From Octopus sinensis (taxonomy: Eukaryota), in assembly GCF_006345805.1 (NCBI RefSeq), contig NC_042997.1, positions 154,814,001 to 154,878,000 on the forward strand: a stretch of DNA of 64,000 bases, read 5' to 3'. The notes below the pieces were generated by a model that saw only the letters and a list, made by a program, of their open reading frames with translations, made no database searches and had not been told where the DNA came from. How positions within the stretch are numbered: the first letter of the stretch is position 1; the number at the start of each line of letters is the position of its first letter. The position numbers and the translations under genes were made by a program. Shown here in pieces: positions 1 to 14,979 of the stretch.

Positions 1-2734
1 TCCCCCTCTCTCTCTCTCTCTCTCATCCTCCCTCTCTCTCTTCCAAGAAATTTATTCCCCTACACTTTATTCTACTTAAACATACTTTCACTTTTATACA
101 TATAGGTAAAACAAATTTGCAACATTAGTTCTCTCCCTCCCGCTCTCTTCCCTCCCTCTCTCTCTCTCTCTCTCTCTCTGACTTTCCCTTTCCCTTCCTC
201 CTCACTCTCTCTCCCCCTCTCTCTCTCTAACCGGTCTACGACAGGCAGGTTGTCAGCAGAATGACGAGGTGTACCCCCTCAGATTCACCTTCCCACATAC
301 ACCATATTTCCGCCTGACTGAGGCCTATATTACAAATTTCCGGTCAACAAGAGATCTACGTGGTCGGACAACATTCAAGAAATTGCAGTCAAACTTATCT
401 AACACACTATCTACAAGAAAAAAAATGATTAGTCAAAATGAACTAATCCCAAATGTACGTTAGAAAATATAGCGAGACGATCATGGCTTGAATGTCAGAC
501 GAACGATTATTTTCCGTCATACAGAAATATTTCCCACCCACGGAATGTAATTTGATTTAATGTTTAGTGTGTTTTCCTGTGATGCTTGTTATTGCAGTGT
601 CAGTCCTTATCTCGTGTACGATACATATTTCAATTAGATAAAAAAAAAAATTAATGTGCTCTGCATTCTCAAAAAACAAAATATCGTTTCAAACTAATGG
701 AACTTACTTGATAGATAACAGAAACTGCTCAAATGCGATAAGCGCTCTGTATTTACTATGAAAAATATTTTGATGACGTCTGCATGAAGAAGAAATAATT
801 TTTTTTTGTGATCATCTCTCTTTAGCTTATCTGGAATTTTCGTCTATTTTGTAAGATAGTAGAATAAGATTTGAAGTGGATTTCAATGCAGATTAGACAG
901 GTTGAGCGACTGCTTGGAAGCTCAATAAGTGGAGGTTATGATATAATCGGAAAAAATGTTCGACTGATTTCCTGCCTACTATAGATATATTCGATCAGAA
1001 CTGACATGGAGTTGTACAACAAACCAACAACAACGAAAAATAAAAATAACCAGCAATGTAAAGAATACTTCTTGATATTTCACAAACTAATTGATAACGA
1101 AATAACAAACACAGCCAACTTTGATTTATACCTGGAATAGATGTCTTACAGTGTAACTCAAAACAAGAAAATAAGTGATGGTAAAATTCAAAATAGTATT
1201 ATATTAGTGATGATGTTTTTAAGTATATCAGTCAGACAGTTTTGCTTGGTTTTACACATTTTATCCTCGCGACCTTCGTAAACTTAAAGGGCAACTATTC
1301 ATTAATTTACAAACCCAAATGCTTGATATAACTCACACATATTTTAACTCTTACAGTTAAAAAATAACTTTTAGCACGCTTCATAAACGAAATAAAAAGT
1401 GAAAATATAAATAAAATACTGGAACTTAGGCACGGTCAGTAGCCATGAATATTTGAATTACCCTCTGTGAATAGGATGTTAGCCTGTCGTATAATTTTCA
1501 AATAAATATCCAAGAACTATTGTTGTTGTTGTTACGGTAGTTAAGCTGCAGATCATCCTTGGTCGAACAGACTTATCATCAAAAGCATTCCAGCCGTGAC
1601 ATTTCATATTTTTGTACATAAGGAACTCCATTGATAACTGTACCATTTAAGGCAGTTAAGTATGATTTGAGGGAGATTTTACTGATTTTCTGAACAAGAC
1701 GAATGACTACGAAGAGATTTTCTTGAGTCTATTCCCCTATTGTTTTTGTCAGTAAGTTATACTAACTAGTAGAAAATTAGTCAGTTGGTGCTAGTTTATT
1801 TGTCAGGCTCTGCCAATGAAGATATACCCATTGATATTCAACTTGGCCCACAAGCTCCGGCATAATGCTCCGGTAAACTAATTCAGCGAATAATAATTAC
1901 TTTAAATAGATTAAGTCGAATGTTTGTTTTCGATTACGATTGCAATGTGCGGTGACATTTAACTCAAAACGTTGAGTCAGAAGAAATGCTGCTTAGCAGT
2001 TTGCCTGGTATACCAACTATTCTGCCAGCTCGCAGATTTGATATATATTGATATTAATATTTAAAACAAAATTTAAATGTGTGAAAATATGAAGCCAAAT
2101 GTTCTGCTTTACGCTATCTCCAAAAATAATTCTTTCTTAAGTTGATAAATATTCTCAAAGTTGTAAGGAAGAGTCATAACCGATGAATTCGATAGCAAAA
2201 AGTAGAAAATACTTATCTTAAAATTCTACTAGAAGTAAATTCGTCTCTGGTAAAATGTTTGATATATATCTAACGGAAAATGCTCAATAATTTAAATACT
2301 TTCAGGATCATAGACTGACATTTTACCAATATACCTACATGATATGGGAACTAAAAGATTCTGCATAATTTTTTTTTTATATATAGTTTATCAAATGTAT
2401 GTGTTTTGAAGAATATGCACAGAGGCGTCTTCTGCATATAAAAAGAAGTGCTGGTTGTGAGCTAACATAGTTAAGATAGGACATAAAATTAAAATTTCTT
2501 TGCTACTGTTTACACTCACTCAAATTTTGGTACAAAGCCAACACTTCCGAGGTGGTGTGATTAAGTCGATTATATCGACTCCAGTGCTCAACTGGTACTT
2601 ATTCGAAAGAATGAAAGACAAACTCGACCCCGGAGACATTTGAACTCAGAACGTGAAGTCGGAAGAAATACCGCTAAGCGGTTTACCCGCCATACTGACG
2701 ATTTTGACCGCTCGCCACTTTGTTATATACTACA

Positions 2735-2767
<33 letters not shown>

Positions 2768-3354
2768 ATTGTAAGAGGTAAGGGAGAAAGTGTGCGGGAG
2801 AGAGAGAGAGAGAGAGAAATAAATTGCTGAAGGAGAAAGGAAAAAAAGCTCGACGTGACAAGCTGACACCATTTCAGTACCTCACACTGACACTCTTATT
2901 CAACAATTACGCCAATAAAATTTTCAGTCCCTCTACATCTCCTCTCCCTCATAAACTCATTATTATGTATTATCATGGGTTGTATCTTGAGCTGCGAAAT
3001 CTAATAAAGATTCTTTGAAACATGACGATATTGTTTGAAGATAAACAGACAAAACTTCGATGCTTATAAATATATAGAAGCTTATTATTAGCTGCACAAT
3101 TTAAGATAAAGTGTGCAATGCATTATTGCATTAATGCAGAATAGGATGTATTTGTTTTCAAAAACCAGTAACACTTGAAAAATTAGTGTGGTTTCCTTCT
3201 TTTATGTATTTTTGTCACACAACGCACGCTTTGAAAAAACATACAAGGAAAGTAATCTAGTTTTGTAAATGTCATTGTTTTTGTCTCCACCCCGTTCTCT
3301 CCCCCGTCTCTCTCTCTCTTTTTTTCTCCTTTTATATGTGTGTGTATGTGTATC

Positions 3355-3567
3355 TGCATCCTCGCCATGACAGATCGCTAGCCACTACACATTCTTTATT
3401 TTCTCTCTTTATTTTCTCTCCTTGTTTCTTTCTGTATTCCTTTCTGTGGAAGAGCGTAGGCTTGAAACATTAAAGACTTTTTCACTTCCCGAGCGTTATA
3501 CTAATACATCTGTTTGTTGTCTACACCACCTGTCTTCGTCTTTTGCTTTTTTTGTGAATTCTTCCCC
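3355..3567 (+). mobile_element. Solo Penelope-type terminal repeat (same family as 29985-30226) with decayed hammerhead-like motif at 3440-3476
   Basis: CTTT CTGTGGA A GAGC GTAG GCTT GAAAC ATT AAAGA followed by GAGCG.TATACTAATACA..CCACCTG.CTTCGTCTTTTG, shared with the 30.1 kb copy. Motif differences include CpG-type transitions. Confidence 0.75.
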
Positions 3568-3874
3568 TATATATACATACAGGTAAATATGCACATATAT
3601 ACATAAATGCATGCATACACTGATATATGTATAGATATACATAAATGCATAAATACATACAGAAAGAGTGAGAGAGGAAGGAAGAGAGAGAGAGAAAATT
3701 AGGAACACAACGTGAGTTATGAATAAATGCGTATTCGGAAATTATATGTAATATGACAGAGATGTTTAATCGACATATATTTTCTCTCGTTGTGAAAATA
3801 TAACCTGTGGATAAGTTGCAGGAGTTTCAGAAGTTGACACTAAATATCGCTCAACTATATATATATATATATAC

Positions 3875-3911
3875 ACTAGCAGCTAAACCCGGTTTCACCC
3901 GGTCGGTTTGG
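3875..3911 (-). mobile_element. Helitron 3' terminus (GC-rich hairpin + CTAG|T)
   Basis: Minus strand CAAACCGACCGGGTGAAACCGGGTTTAGCTGCTAG|T, abutting (TA)n. Confidence 0.6.
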
Positions 3912-4385
3912 ATGATGTGGCTGTAAAACCTGCTCTGTGTAAGCATTCGAATTGCTTAACAACCGATGCTTAGCGGTTCGGCAAATGCCATCGATAGAAT
4001 AAGTACTAGGCTTACAAAGAATATGTGCTGGGGACGATTTCTTCGACTAAAAGCCTTGAAGGTGGTGCTGCAACATTGCCGCAGTCAAATGACTGAAACA
4101 AATAAGAGAATATATATACTTTTAAGATATATATATATATATATTAGCTTTTATCTTTTTACTTATTTCAATAATTTGACTGTGGCCATGCTGGGGCACC
4201 GCCTTGAGAAAGTTTTAGTCTAACTTATCGACCCCAGTACTTATTTTATCAGTTCCTTTTGACGAACCGTTAAGTTACAGGGATGTAAACACACCGACAC
4301 CAGTTGTCACACGGTGGGGGGGGGGTAAAGACAGACAGATACACACGCACTCACATGCACATACATACATACATACATACATACA

Positions 4386-4418
<33 letters not shown>

Positions 4419-4599
4419 CTTTTAAATTTATTTATGAGAAACGTTTTGAATATGCAAATAAAGCTCGTGTTCCATTATGCCGGTCATAGTCTAATGATGC
4501 TAGCTGATGAACCAGTTTTGGGGGTTGTATCGAGCTGTACCGATATAATGTGGGATAAATATAGTAATAATAACAATAATCCTTGAATGGAATTTATAA

Positions 4600-5000
4600 T
4601 CATTTAATGCATCGCTACAGACGTTTCCAGAAATCACATGTCTCTTCAGATCACAGTTCCTATTCTTTGGATGTTTACAGTGAAGTCCGTAGTATCCGTG
4701 GGCATCGGGTAGATCACCTTCATGTATTCATTTCTTCAGGCGACATAGCATTAATGGATGTCTAACAGAGGGTTGTTTATCCCTTTTGACCACTGAGAAG
4801 GTTGATTGAGTTATGTGGGTATTTCTGTGCTGGAAAGAGAAGAAGCAATGGTAGTTATATGGGGATGGAGGTGTATGTGGTGATGTTGGACTTATTTTGC
4901 TATTCAATCTGCAGATATCAAGGATGGGTAGTACATTCCTTTGTTCGATCTCATTTAAGGCATGACTATCTTCAATGCGGTCTGAAGTAAACAGGTCAGC
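4600..5000 (-). pseudogene. Very decayed Penelope-like fragment
   Basis: NEIEQRNVLPILDICRLNSKIS resembles the PLE RT motif E..N.LPFLD. Hammerhead-like CTGAAGA..GAAACGTC at 4617-4650 on the same strand. Confidence 0.4.
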
Positions 5001-6473
5001 TGGTATATCAGCTGTTGGAGTTCATTGTCTGATACTTTCTTAGGGTGATCTTTTAATTATTTCTGGTGGTACAGTCGTACAGTGTATAGCATCCTAAACA
5101 TTGGTTGGATTGTTTATTTGTTTGTGTTCCTACCTTGTTATATAATATACATTGATGCTATTCCAGCTGAACACTATTGTTGATGGAATCGACGAGTGTC
5201 CTTCTGCCAAATTTCGGTCCTTGTGCCGATAGTAAAAAGAAATATAGGATCTAGTCTTTCTCATACGCAAAATGATTCCCACTTAATTTTGCTCAGATTG
5301 TTTTCAATTTTGGCGTATCGATGCAACTCTGAATTCTAATTACGACCAGCCAATTACTTTATCTTGTAAATTACAGAATCTGAGGTTATTTGGAATTAAA
5401 GTTGGTGAAATTTGGGTAATTTTAGCTAATCAACAGACAGCGTAGTATTAGCAGCTTGCTACCATGACGACTGCATGCTGTGTTGTGGTTCACTGGTGTC
5501 TGTGTCGCTGTTGTCTATGTTGATTTTCCACACTTAGTATTTTTACATATTTTTCGTTTCATATTTTTTCGGGACTCATTGACTAAAATAGCTGGAATTA
5601 TGATTTCAACAGATTAATTCTTTTCATAAATATTTTAATTAGAAGTATTTCTTAAACTGTTAGCTTCTTATTTCAATAGCTTAACTGAAATTTAGCACAC
5701 GTAACAGGAACTGAAAGGTATATCGTGGAACAGAAAAACCGTGAGTGATACAGATAATTTTACATTGTTTTTGAATTCTGCCTGCAAAAACATATAAGAT
5801 ACAGGTATTCTTTTCTTTGGAACAAATTCTTTGTTGACCAGTGTTATTCTTATCTTAGTTTACAAAGCCAAATATGAAAACCTTACACAACTTCAGAGTT
5901 TTGATGGAATCTTCCCACACACACACACACATACGCACTCACAAACACAGCACAACACACACATACACATGCACTTATATATTAATGATGTACAAAAATA
6001 TATGGCAGGTATACATAATACGGAAGTACGCATAAAGTAAACACATGCAGACAAATATATTAATATAACAAATTTTTTAAAATGATAAAAACATACAATC
6101 AATGAAGAAACAAACATTAAGGTGATACATGTTGATTTTGTTAGGTATTTCTGTTTATTTAGAAACCTACAATGAACAGATTAGACGCTAAACTATAAAT
6201 TTTGCAGGGTACAACCTTAAAGTTGACACCGCTCCGCTAAACGCAGAAAATTTCTGTCTCGCTATTAACTAAAAAATACCCAGCTGTTTTTGATTTTTAA
6301 ACCTCTGTAATTTTTTTCTGCAATTTTTTTCTTCACTATATCATACCTTCAGAGCAATGGGACTGGAAGGCTACAAGCCGATTTTTAGATTTTTTACTTC
6401 CTTTTAAAAAATGCATATCTTGCGAATGAAAAAACTAGATCCTATATCAATTATAAATACTATAGGAATTTTT

Positions 6474-6505
<32 letters not shown>

Positions 6506-6990
6506 GAAAGACCAAATAAATGTTTGCAATATTATCTTTTTATTGATTCCAGTAACCTGAAAGCTAAATAAAAACCAGCGACGTTGAAGAAAGGACGAAA
6601 CAAGATATTACAAGACACCCTACTATTTATGGTTACTCGTTGTCCTCATTTGCATATACTTATTTTGGCCTGTCCCACTAATTTCTAGGGCTGGGACACA
6701 ATAAAATGAATTGACTTCCTATTCATGTTTTTCCTGTTAAGTTCAAGGTGAAAATCAACCACATTCATTTTTAGATTGCCTACTAAGGTCATTAGGACCT
6801 GTATTTCTCAGATTAACTGATGAAAAGATGAAAAGAGAGAATTCATGACGACTAACGAGAGAAAAAGATTTTAGAATTGTTTTGAATAGGTTGTTGTCGT
6901 CGTCGTCTTCGTTGCTGCTATTCTTTGATAACGCAGGTGAACCCTGATCATTCCAATCGCTACCATCCCGAGATCAGCCTTTTCGTCGAG

Positions 6991-7054
6991 ACTTGTACCC
7001 CGGAAGGAAACCTCTAAGGTGCACCCACGGTCATTCGTGACCGACGGAGTCGAG

Positions 7055-7130
<76 letters not shown>

Positions 7131-7215
7131 GGTACTTGTACCCAGGAAGGAAACCTCTAAGGTGCACCCATGGTCATTCGTGACCGACGGAGTCGAGAGT
7201 TTATATATATTATAT

Positions 7216-7252
<37 letters not shown>

Positions 7253-7260
7253 CTGGTACT
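6991..7260 (+). repeat. Tandem ~70-bp retroelement 3'-end units each followed by (TA)n
   Basis: ACTTGTACCC..GGAAACCTCTAAGGTGCACCCA.GGTCATTCGTGACCGACGGAGTCGAGAGTT at 6991-7059 and 7134-7202; third copy ~10814-10881 as the tail of a family D SINE. Confidence 0.8.
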
Positions 7261-9691
7261 ATATTATCTAATGTGTTCTTCCCCATTTTTTTAAAGAGGG
7301 TAATTTGCAGGATTTTACGTTGTTATTTCTAGTAGATCGAGCTATAAAATAAACAGTCACCTACTAGAATCCATTTAACCAGTTTAATTGACTGCAACCT
7401 TTCGCTTAATATGTAGCATTGTACCTGTATCAGAAATCAGTATGGCTATTAGTTCGAATGTTGTTAACAAGTGTAAAAGATTGTGATCATTACCTGTCAG
7501 AAGTGTTCGTTTGATTTTTGTGGCGCACAGCCAAGATTTCTATTTTTGTTCACACGATGAAGAGATTACTGTTCTGATGTGAAACAGTAAATATAAAAAA
7601 AATATTATTTTGCACCATTATGATCCTATAAGCCGAGAATTGGGTCATTACAAACCGAAATACCACAAAATACCAAATTAATCTTTTCGCTTCATATGGA
7701 ATGTTATTTGCTCGTATTTGTGTATTTATACATTATTTTTATTTTTACATTATTACTACACAAGAGAACGAGGAACTTCAAAAACAAAACGAAAAGAAAG
7801 GTTATTTTTTACTTTAGTTTGACATTTTGTCGGTTTAACACCATGCCAAGTATTTAAGAAAAGTTGTAACAAACCTGCGATATTTACTGAAAGCTAAAAA
7901 TGGATTTTCGTATTTCAACCAATTAGATTTTGACATTTTAATAACAATAGAACAGTATTTTTTTATACATGACTGATTCAGTTTATAATTCAAATCGTTT
8001 CAAAACTGTTAAATTTTCTATTTACAACAACCAATGATAAAAAAAAAACAACGGCAAAAATAATGTGATTATATCAGCTGTAGAATAGAAATTTAGGAAA
8101 ACCGTATTTGTTTTTGCTGTTGTTTATCTAGGTTAGCTGTTATTGAACGGATCTGTGATCAAAGGCGCTCAATCCATGAACATACCGTTTTATATTCAAA
8201 TATATGGTATCTAGAAATACATTAACCAATGCGTCCTTCCTTTTTAATGTATCAAAGGAAAATCCGGTTGATGTTTCTAGTGAAAACAAAAAACTGCCTT
8301 CACTTCATTGTAAACTCCAGATGTTGTGGTCGTTGTTGGTGGTGGTGGCGGTGGTAGTAGTGATGATGGTAGTGGAGGTGGTGATGCGGCTGCTGCTACT
8401 GGCTGTTGTTGTTGTTGTTGTTAAGCAACAAGACGGGTAAGGATGATTAGGTGATGGTCTAGGGCTTAGGGGCGGGAGACCCCAGACCTTGGGAAAAAAA
8501 AAACTTTGGTCGTCTTGTTGTAGTCGAGGGCTCTTCGTTGACGCTCGACACCACTGGGAGGTGGCCCTCGAAGTCGCTGGAAATCGAGATCTCCAGGTCC
8601 AAATTCTTGAACGGCTGTTGTTGCTGCTAGTGATGGTGGTCAAGTGGTGCTTACATTCAAATTGCCCTAATCGAACATACTGATCATTGAAGACATTCCA
8701 CTAAACCATTCACAAATAAGTTATGATATCCAGTATATGTTTCTGCAAGATGTAGAGTTCAGTTTGAAGGTTTGCTTACTACTATTAACTGTTCGAGCGA
8801 CCTCCAAGGGATCTCCATCATCGGGCGGTAAATAATTCTGTTCTTGATGTCGTTTAACCCTAGGTCAGTTCTAACAGAACAGATCGGATGTCAGAATTAT
8901 TCAAATATTCTCCAGGAACAGTATACACTGGACTGTAAAGCTCTTAGTTCTTTCCATTGGTAATAATTAATAAAATCTCATCTATTCTCTAATTTAAAAA
9001 ATTAACACAACATTGTGTAGCAGTTTTACTCAAAAAAGTGTCTGTGTTTAAAAGTACATATACATAGGAAATAAACCAACTAAAACACCGTTTACATTCC
9101 AGCATTAAAATAATGGCATTTCTAATTAATGCTGCTTTTTATTTTTATCACTCACAGAATTATAAGACTCAGAGTTGGTATCAATGTAATTTGAACTTGC
9201 GACAGCTTGATACACTTAAAATGGTTTAGTTATATTGTCAAGATCTCCAAAGAAAGGAAAGAAGTTATTCTTAGATCGAGGACCTGGCTCGAAAACTTGC
9301 AGCCCAATAACCAATCCTGATGATGGATTAAGTCGACCAGCAACCAAGAAAGCCTGGCCCAGAGAAACTTCCCCACGATTTCCATCTACTAAAGTTTACT
9401 CGCTGTACTTTGGCCAACTCGAGGCAGAAAATACAGGTACCATGCTGTGAATTCGAACAGTAAATTGGATATTGTAAGTAATGTGTAAGGCTGTCTGCCT
9501 GCATTGACTTTTCATGTTATCTTTACAGAAGTTAATTTCAATATTTTCTTATGGGAAAAGGTAGCTTATTCTTTTATGGTTTTCGCCTTTCCTGTAAGGC
9601 ATTGTTCTGTCCCGTGTCCGGGAAACAATTTAATTTAGATATTCGATATACAGTAATGGGCAATTTAGATGCAAACTAGATACAAAAATGA

Positions 9692-9829
9692 AGAGTCGCT
9701 TACCAGCCACACGGTTCCGCATTCAGTCCCACTCCGTGGCACCGTGGGCAAGTGGCTTTTACTATAGCATCGGACTAACCAAAGCCTTGTGAGTGGATAT
9801 GGAAGATGGAAACTGAAAGAAGCCCGTCG

Positions 9830-9865
<36 letters not shown>

Positions 9866-10100
9866 GTGTGTGTGTGTGTGTGTGTGTGTTTGTTTGTTTG
9901 TCTGTGTTTGTCCCCCCAACATCGCTTGACAACCGATGCTTGTGTGTTTACGTCCCCGTAGCGTAGCGGTTCAGTAAAAGAGCTCGATAGAATAAGTACT
10001 AGGCTTACAAAGAATAAGTCCTGGGATCGATTTGCTCGACTAAAGGCGGCGCTCCAGCTTGGCGGCAGTCAAATGACAAGCAAATAAAAGAATAAAAGAA
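9692..10100 (+). mobile_element. tRNA-derived SINE family A (internal (TA)/(GT) microsatellite); representative copy
   Basis: GGTTC(A/C)GTCCCAC B-box region, body GCCTTGTGAGTGGATTTGG..GAAACTGAAAGAAGCCCGTCG, tail GACTAAAGGCGGTGCTCCAGC..AAAGAATAAAAGAAT. Other copies ~3960, 4165, 10255, 12275, 12480, 12985, 14155, 27035, 30605, 36665, 47870. Confidence 0.85.
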
Positions 10101-10420
10101 TATATGTATGTATACAACAAGGAAAACAAACAGAGAAACGAACATACAACATAAAGAATATTCCCCTTCTTCAGTTGTCCCTGTTTCAACAAATTTGCGA
10201 TTTTTTGCGGACGGTGAAAGTGGTAACAAGAATATATATATATATATCAAACCTAAGACTTATTCTTTGTAAGCCTAGTATTTATTCTATTGGTATCTTT
10301 TGCCGAACCGCTAAGTTACGGAGACGTAAACACACCAATATCGTTTGTCAAACAATGGTAGGGGAGTAACACAGACACACAAACACAAACACACACAAAC
10401 ACAAACACACACAAACACAA

Positions 10421-10459
<39 letters not shown>

Positions 10460-10876
10460 CGACGGGCTTCTTTCAGTTTCCGTTTACCAAATCCACTCAC
10501 AAGGCTTTGGTCGGCTCGAAGCCTTAATAGAAGACACTTGTCTAAGGTGCCACGCTGAAAAATTGAACTCAGAACCAGGTAATTGGTAAGCAAGCTACTT
10601 ACCACACAGTCACTGTATATGTTGCTCCAGTTCACTCAGCTGTAGAAATGAATAGGGACTTCACTAATGCCAAGCTATGTCAGCCTGTGTCTTTCCTTTG
10701 GATAACATCAGTTGCATGGAAAGGGGAGACTGGAATGCGTGGGCAACTGCTGTTCTTTCATAAAAACAACCCTAGGTTTGTGCATTTGCCGGTGAGGCGA
10801 CTTTCCGCCGAGACTTGTATCCCGGATGGAAACCTCTAAGGTGCACCCATGGCCATTCGTGACCGACGGAGTCGAG

Positions 10877-10921
<45 letters not shown>

Positions 10922-12196
10922 TTGGCGTTTCAATTTTGCCACAAAGAAACGCAACATGATATCAATACATTATTTAACTATCGATTTAGTACCAGGCTGC
11001 GAGTGACACCGTTACATACTTTGATATCCTGCTGTGCCTCTCCAGCATTAAAATATATGTGTGTATGTATGTATATATATATGTGTGTGTGTGTATGTAT
11101 GTATGTATTATGTATGTATGATAATAATATACTTTTTAATATGCAAATAATATTACAATGACAATGAGATTTTAAGCTAGGGAGCTAATTAACTTTTTAC
11201 TGATTCCTACATTAAATATGTTACCCACTAATTTAGCTACTAGTCTATTCATGCAGATGGCGTCTCTGGGATTTTTGTAGTTTAAAACGCTTCTAAATTT
11301 CTAGGCCTACGATTTTCGATATTATTCATTGAATTAATGATATTCGCAATTAGTGAGTTTCAGCATATTCGATGGGGCTTATATTTTATTGATCGGCGTA
11401 TTATAATAACAAAACTGAAAAGGCTTAGTGATTAGGGTATTTGGCTCCGGTTCATTAGGTCGAGAGTTCAATACCCGGTCGTGTGTTGTGCCCTTCAGCA
11501 AGGCTATTTATTAAACGTTGCTCCAGTCCACTCAGCTGGCATAAATGAATACTATCTATATTTCGAAAAGCTAGCCTTGTCACATTGTGTCACGCTGAAT
11601 CTCCCTGGGAACATTAAAAGTCGGCTCAGCCACTTGCATGTCAAACAAGCAGGCTGTTCCGCTGATCGAATCAAATGGAACTCTGATTGCCGTAACTGAA
11701 AGAGTAATAGTTCTGAATAGTGAAATACTTCCGGAGTTATCTCCCGCACTTGCCAAAATAATTCTTTCTACTATAGGCACAAGGCCTGAAATTTTGGGGA
11801 AGGGGGCCAGTAACAACTGGTACTTAATGAAAGGTAAAGTCGACCTCGGCGGAATTTGAACTCAGAACACGAAGACAGACGAAATGTAGGTAAGCATTTC
11901 GCCCACAGTGAAAACGATTCCGCCAGCTCGCCGCTCAGTACGTGCTACAATAATTCAAATGTAATTAGCCTTTGATTCTTGGTATTTTTATTCCTAGTTT
12001 GCATTCAATATTCCCTGTATTGAATATGTTAGCACTAACTTGCGTTTTTTAAAGTATTATCATTCACAGCTGTTCCAACAGTTGCGATACCGCAGTATTA
12101 TGGAGAATTTTAATCTTGCAAATATAGAGAGTATTAACGCAGTATCCAATACATAATGGTGCATTAGTGTCTCGTCTCATATATATATATAATATA

Positions 12197-12234
<38 letters not shown>

Positions 12235-13782
12235 GCATATAAATATCTGGAATAAGGATCTTTATCTTTTATCTCATACTTGCTTCAGTCATTAGATTGC
12301 GACCACGCTGGAATACCGTTGTTTGAGATTTAACCGATCAAATCGACCCGGCGCTTTTATTTTTTTAAAGTCTGTTGCTTAATTTATCAAACTCTATTGT
12401 GGAACTGCTAAACAAACCAATCCCGATTGTCAAACCGGTGGGAGAGGATACAAGAACAAAAACCCCACCATATATAGGTGCAAGAGTGGCTGTGCAGTAA
12501 GAAGCTTGCTTACCAACCACATGGTTCGGGTATCAATCCCAATGAGTGGCACCTTGGGCAACTGTCTACTACTATCGCCTCGGACTGACTAAAGCCTTGC
12601 GAGTGAATTTGGTAGGCGGAAACTGAAAGAAGCCCGTCGTATATATGTGTGTATATATATACGTGTGTGTGTCTGTGTGTGTGCGTGTGTGTGTGTATGT
12701 GTGTCTTCCCCACCATTGCTTGACAGCGGATGTTGGTGTGTTTACGTCCTCGTAACTTAGCGGTTCGGCAAAAAAAACATAGAATAAGTACTAAGCTTAC
12801 AAAAAAGTCCTGGGTTTGATTCGTTCGACTAAAGGCGGTGCTCAAGCATGGCCGTAGTCAAATGGCTGAAACAAATAAGAGAATAATAGAATATATATAA
12901 ACATACATACATACATACATACATACATACATACATACATACATACATACATACATAAATACATACATATATGCACAGGGAGCTTCCACACAGTTTCTAT
13001 TTACAAAATTTCTTTCACAAGGCATTGGTCAGCCCAGGCCTATAGTAGGAGACACTTGCCAAAGGTGCCACGGAGTGGGACCGAATACAAAACCACGTTG
13101 AAGCAAGCGAGCTTCTTAATCACATAACCACACATTTACCGAGAGATATAAATTAACATTTATCTTTTCATAACGTACAAGCCCAGACCTGATTTGAACT
13201 GATTTATGATCTAAAGGCATTCTACTAAGACCACTCCATAATCATTGCATAAATAGTATATTTAACACCACGTTACTCACTGCGTCCTTTTTTTTAAGAC
13301 GATAAATTTTAATGAACTGGGATTTGATTATTATTTCTAGCGGAGCAACCACATAGAGGTTTCCTCATTACATACAGCTTAAGTGGCCCACTACTGCAAC
13401 ACCTTCACGATTATAGTATCAACTTCTAGTTAATCGATCTCTTAGGAGTGAAAGCAAAATCCACCTCTACGTTGACTTGAACATTTTTTTTTTAGTTTTT
13501 TACTCCTATGAGATCGATAAAACAAGCAGCAGTTGGTGCTGGCATCAATAGATACACATGTAAAAATGCGTATGCACATAATATATCAACACAGAATACA
13601 TAACAGGAAATATGTTAAAGCACTGACTATATAAATATATATGCAAAACACAAACAAAACGCATACACACACACATACACATACACACATATGTATAATC
13701 TTATTCATAAGTATGCAAATATACATGCATATATGTATGCATATACATACGCACATATTTGCGTGTATGTATATACTTATAC

Positions 13783-13885
<103 letters not shown>

Positions 13886-14942
13886 TTATTTGAGGGAATA
13901 AAATCCAAACTTACAAGGAAAAAATTCAGTTTAGAAATACTAAACCAAATTTCACACAATATAATATATATATATAAAAATTAGAAAGAAAACACCTTTT
14001 ATCAATTCAAAATGAACAATTAAATTACACCATCTAGAAAATTACATATAATAGAAATATTAAAATTAAAATAACAATAAAATGTCAATGATTAAGTAAA
14101 TTGCAAAATAATAATAATAACGTATATATACACACACATATACACGCACATATTATCTTTTGCTTACTTCAGTCATTAGACTGCAGCCATGCTGGGGTAC
14201 CGCCATAAAAGATTTAGTCGAATAAATCGACCCCAGTATTTATCCTTAACTCAGTATTTATTCTATCGGTCTCGTTATGCCGAGTCACTACCTATTGAAA
14301 ACGTAAACAAACCAACACCAGTTGGCAACAGATAGTTGGGGACAAACAAAAACACAAGCGACAGGTTTCTTTCAGTTTCCATCTGCCGAAATCACTCAAC
14401 AGTTTTTGATCGACTCGAGGCTATAGTAGAAAACTCTTGCTCAAGATGCTGCACAGTGTACACAGAATCATGTGGAAAGCGAATTCCTTAAACGCACAGA
14501 CACAATGCCTATATTTATATTTATATATAAATTCGCGCGTAAATAAGCGCAAATGCATGCTTGATTGAATAGTACTGTCTAGGTGCCGAAAGCATAGTGA
14601 TATTTGTTTGGCAGCTGATGATGGAATTACATATCATTATACCTGTTTGTGGATTGTTAGTTTCATTATTCTGAGTTATCCTTCGTTCTAGATTCTAGTA
14701 AAGTGGAAAGTGTTTATCGAGTCATGGTCTGTGGAGATTACTTACATTGATGTTGGTTGTCTGTCTTCATAGAAAATCTTATTAGACTTAGATAAAGCTT
14801 AGATATTGGTGTCTAGTTTTGGAAGTCTTCTGTGGCATATATATCTATACATGTATGTATGTATGTATGTATGTATGTATGTATGTGTGTGTGTATGTAT
14901 GAAATTAGGCACACACACATATATAAATATATATATATATAC

Positions 14943-14979
<37 letters not shown>

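Noticed and set aside
269-463. 64-aa ORF after the CT-rich tract
   Set aside because: Non-ATG start and no recognisable domain; may be a decayed retroelement fragment.
6816-6840. CTGATGA-AAAGAT-GAAA hammerhead-like string
   Set aside because: No stem I, II or III support.
6991-7260. CRISPR-like repeat-spacer appearance
   Set aside because: The spacers are (TA)n, there are only two full repeats, there are no cas genes, and the context is eukaryotic.
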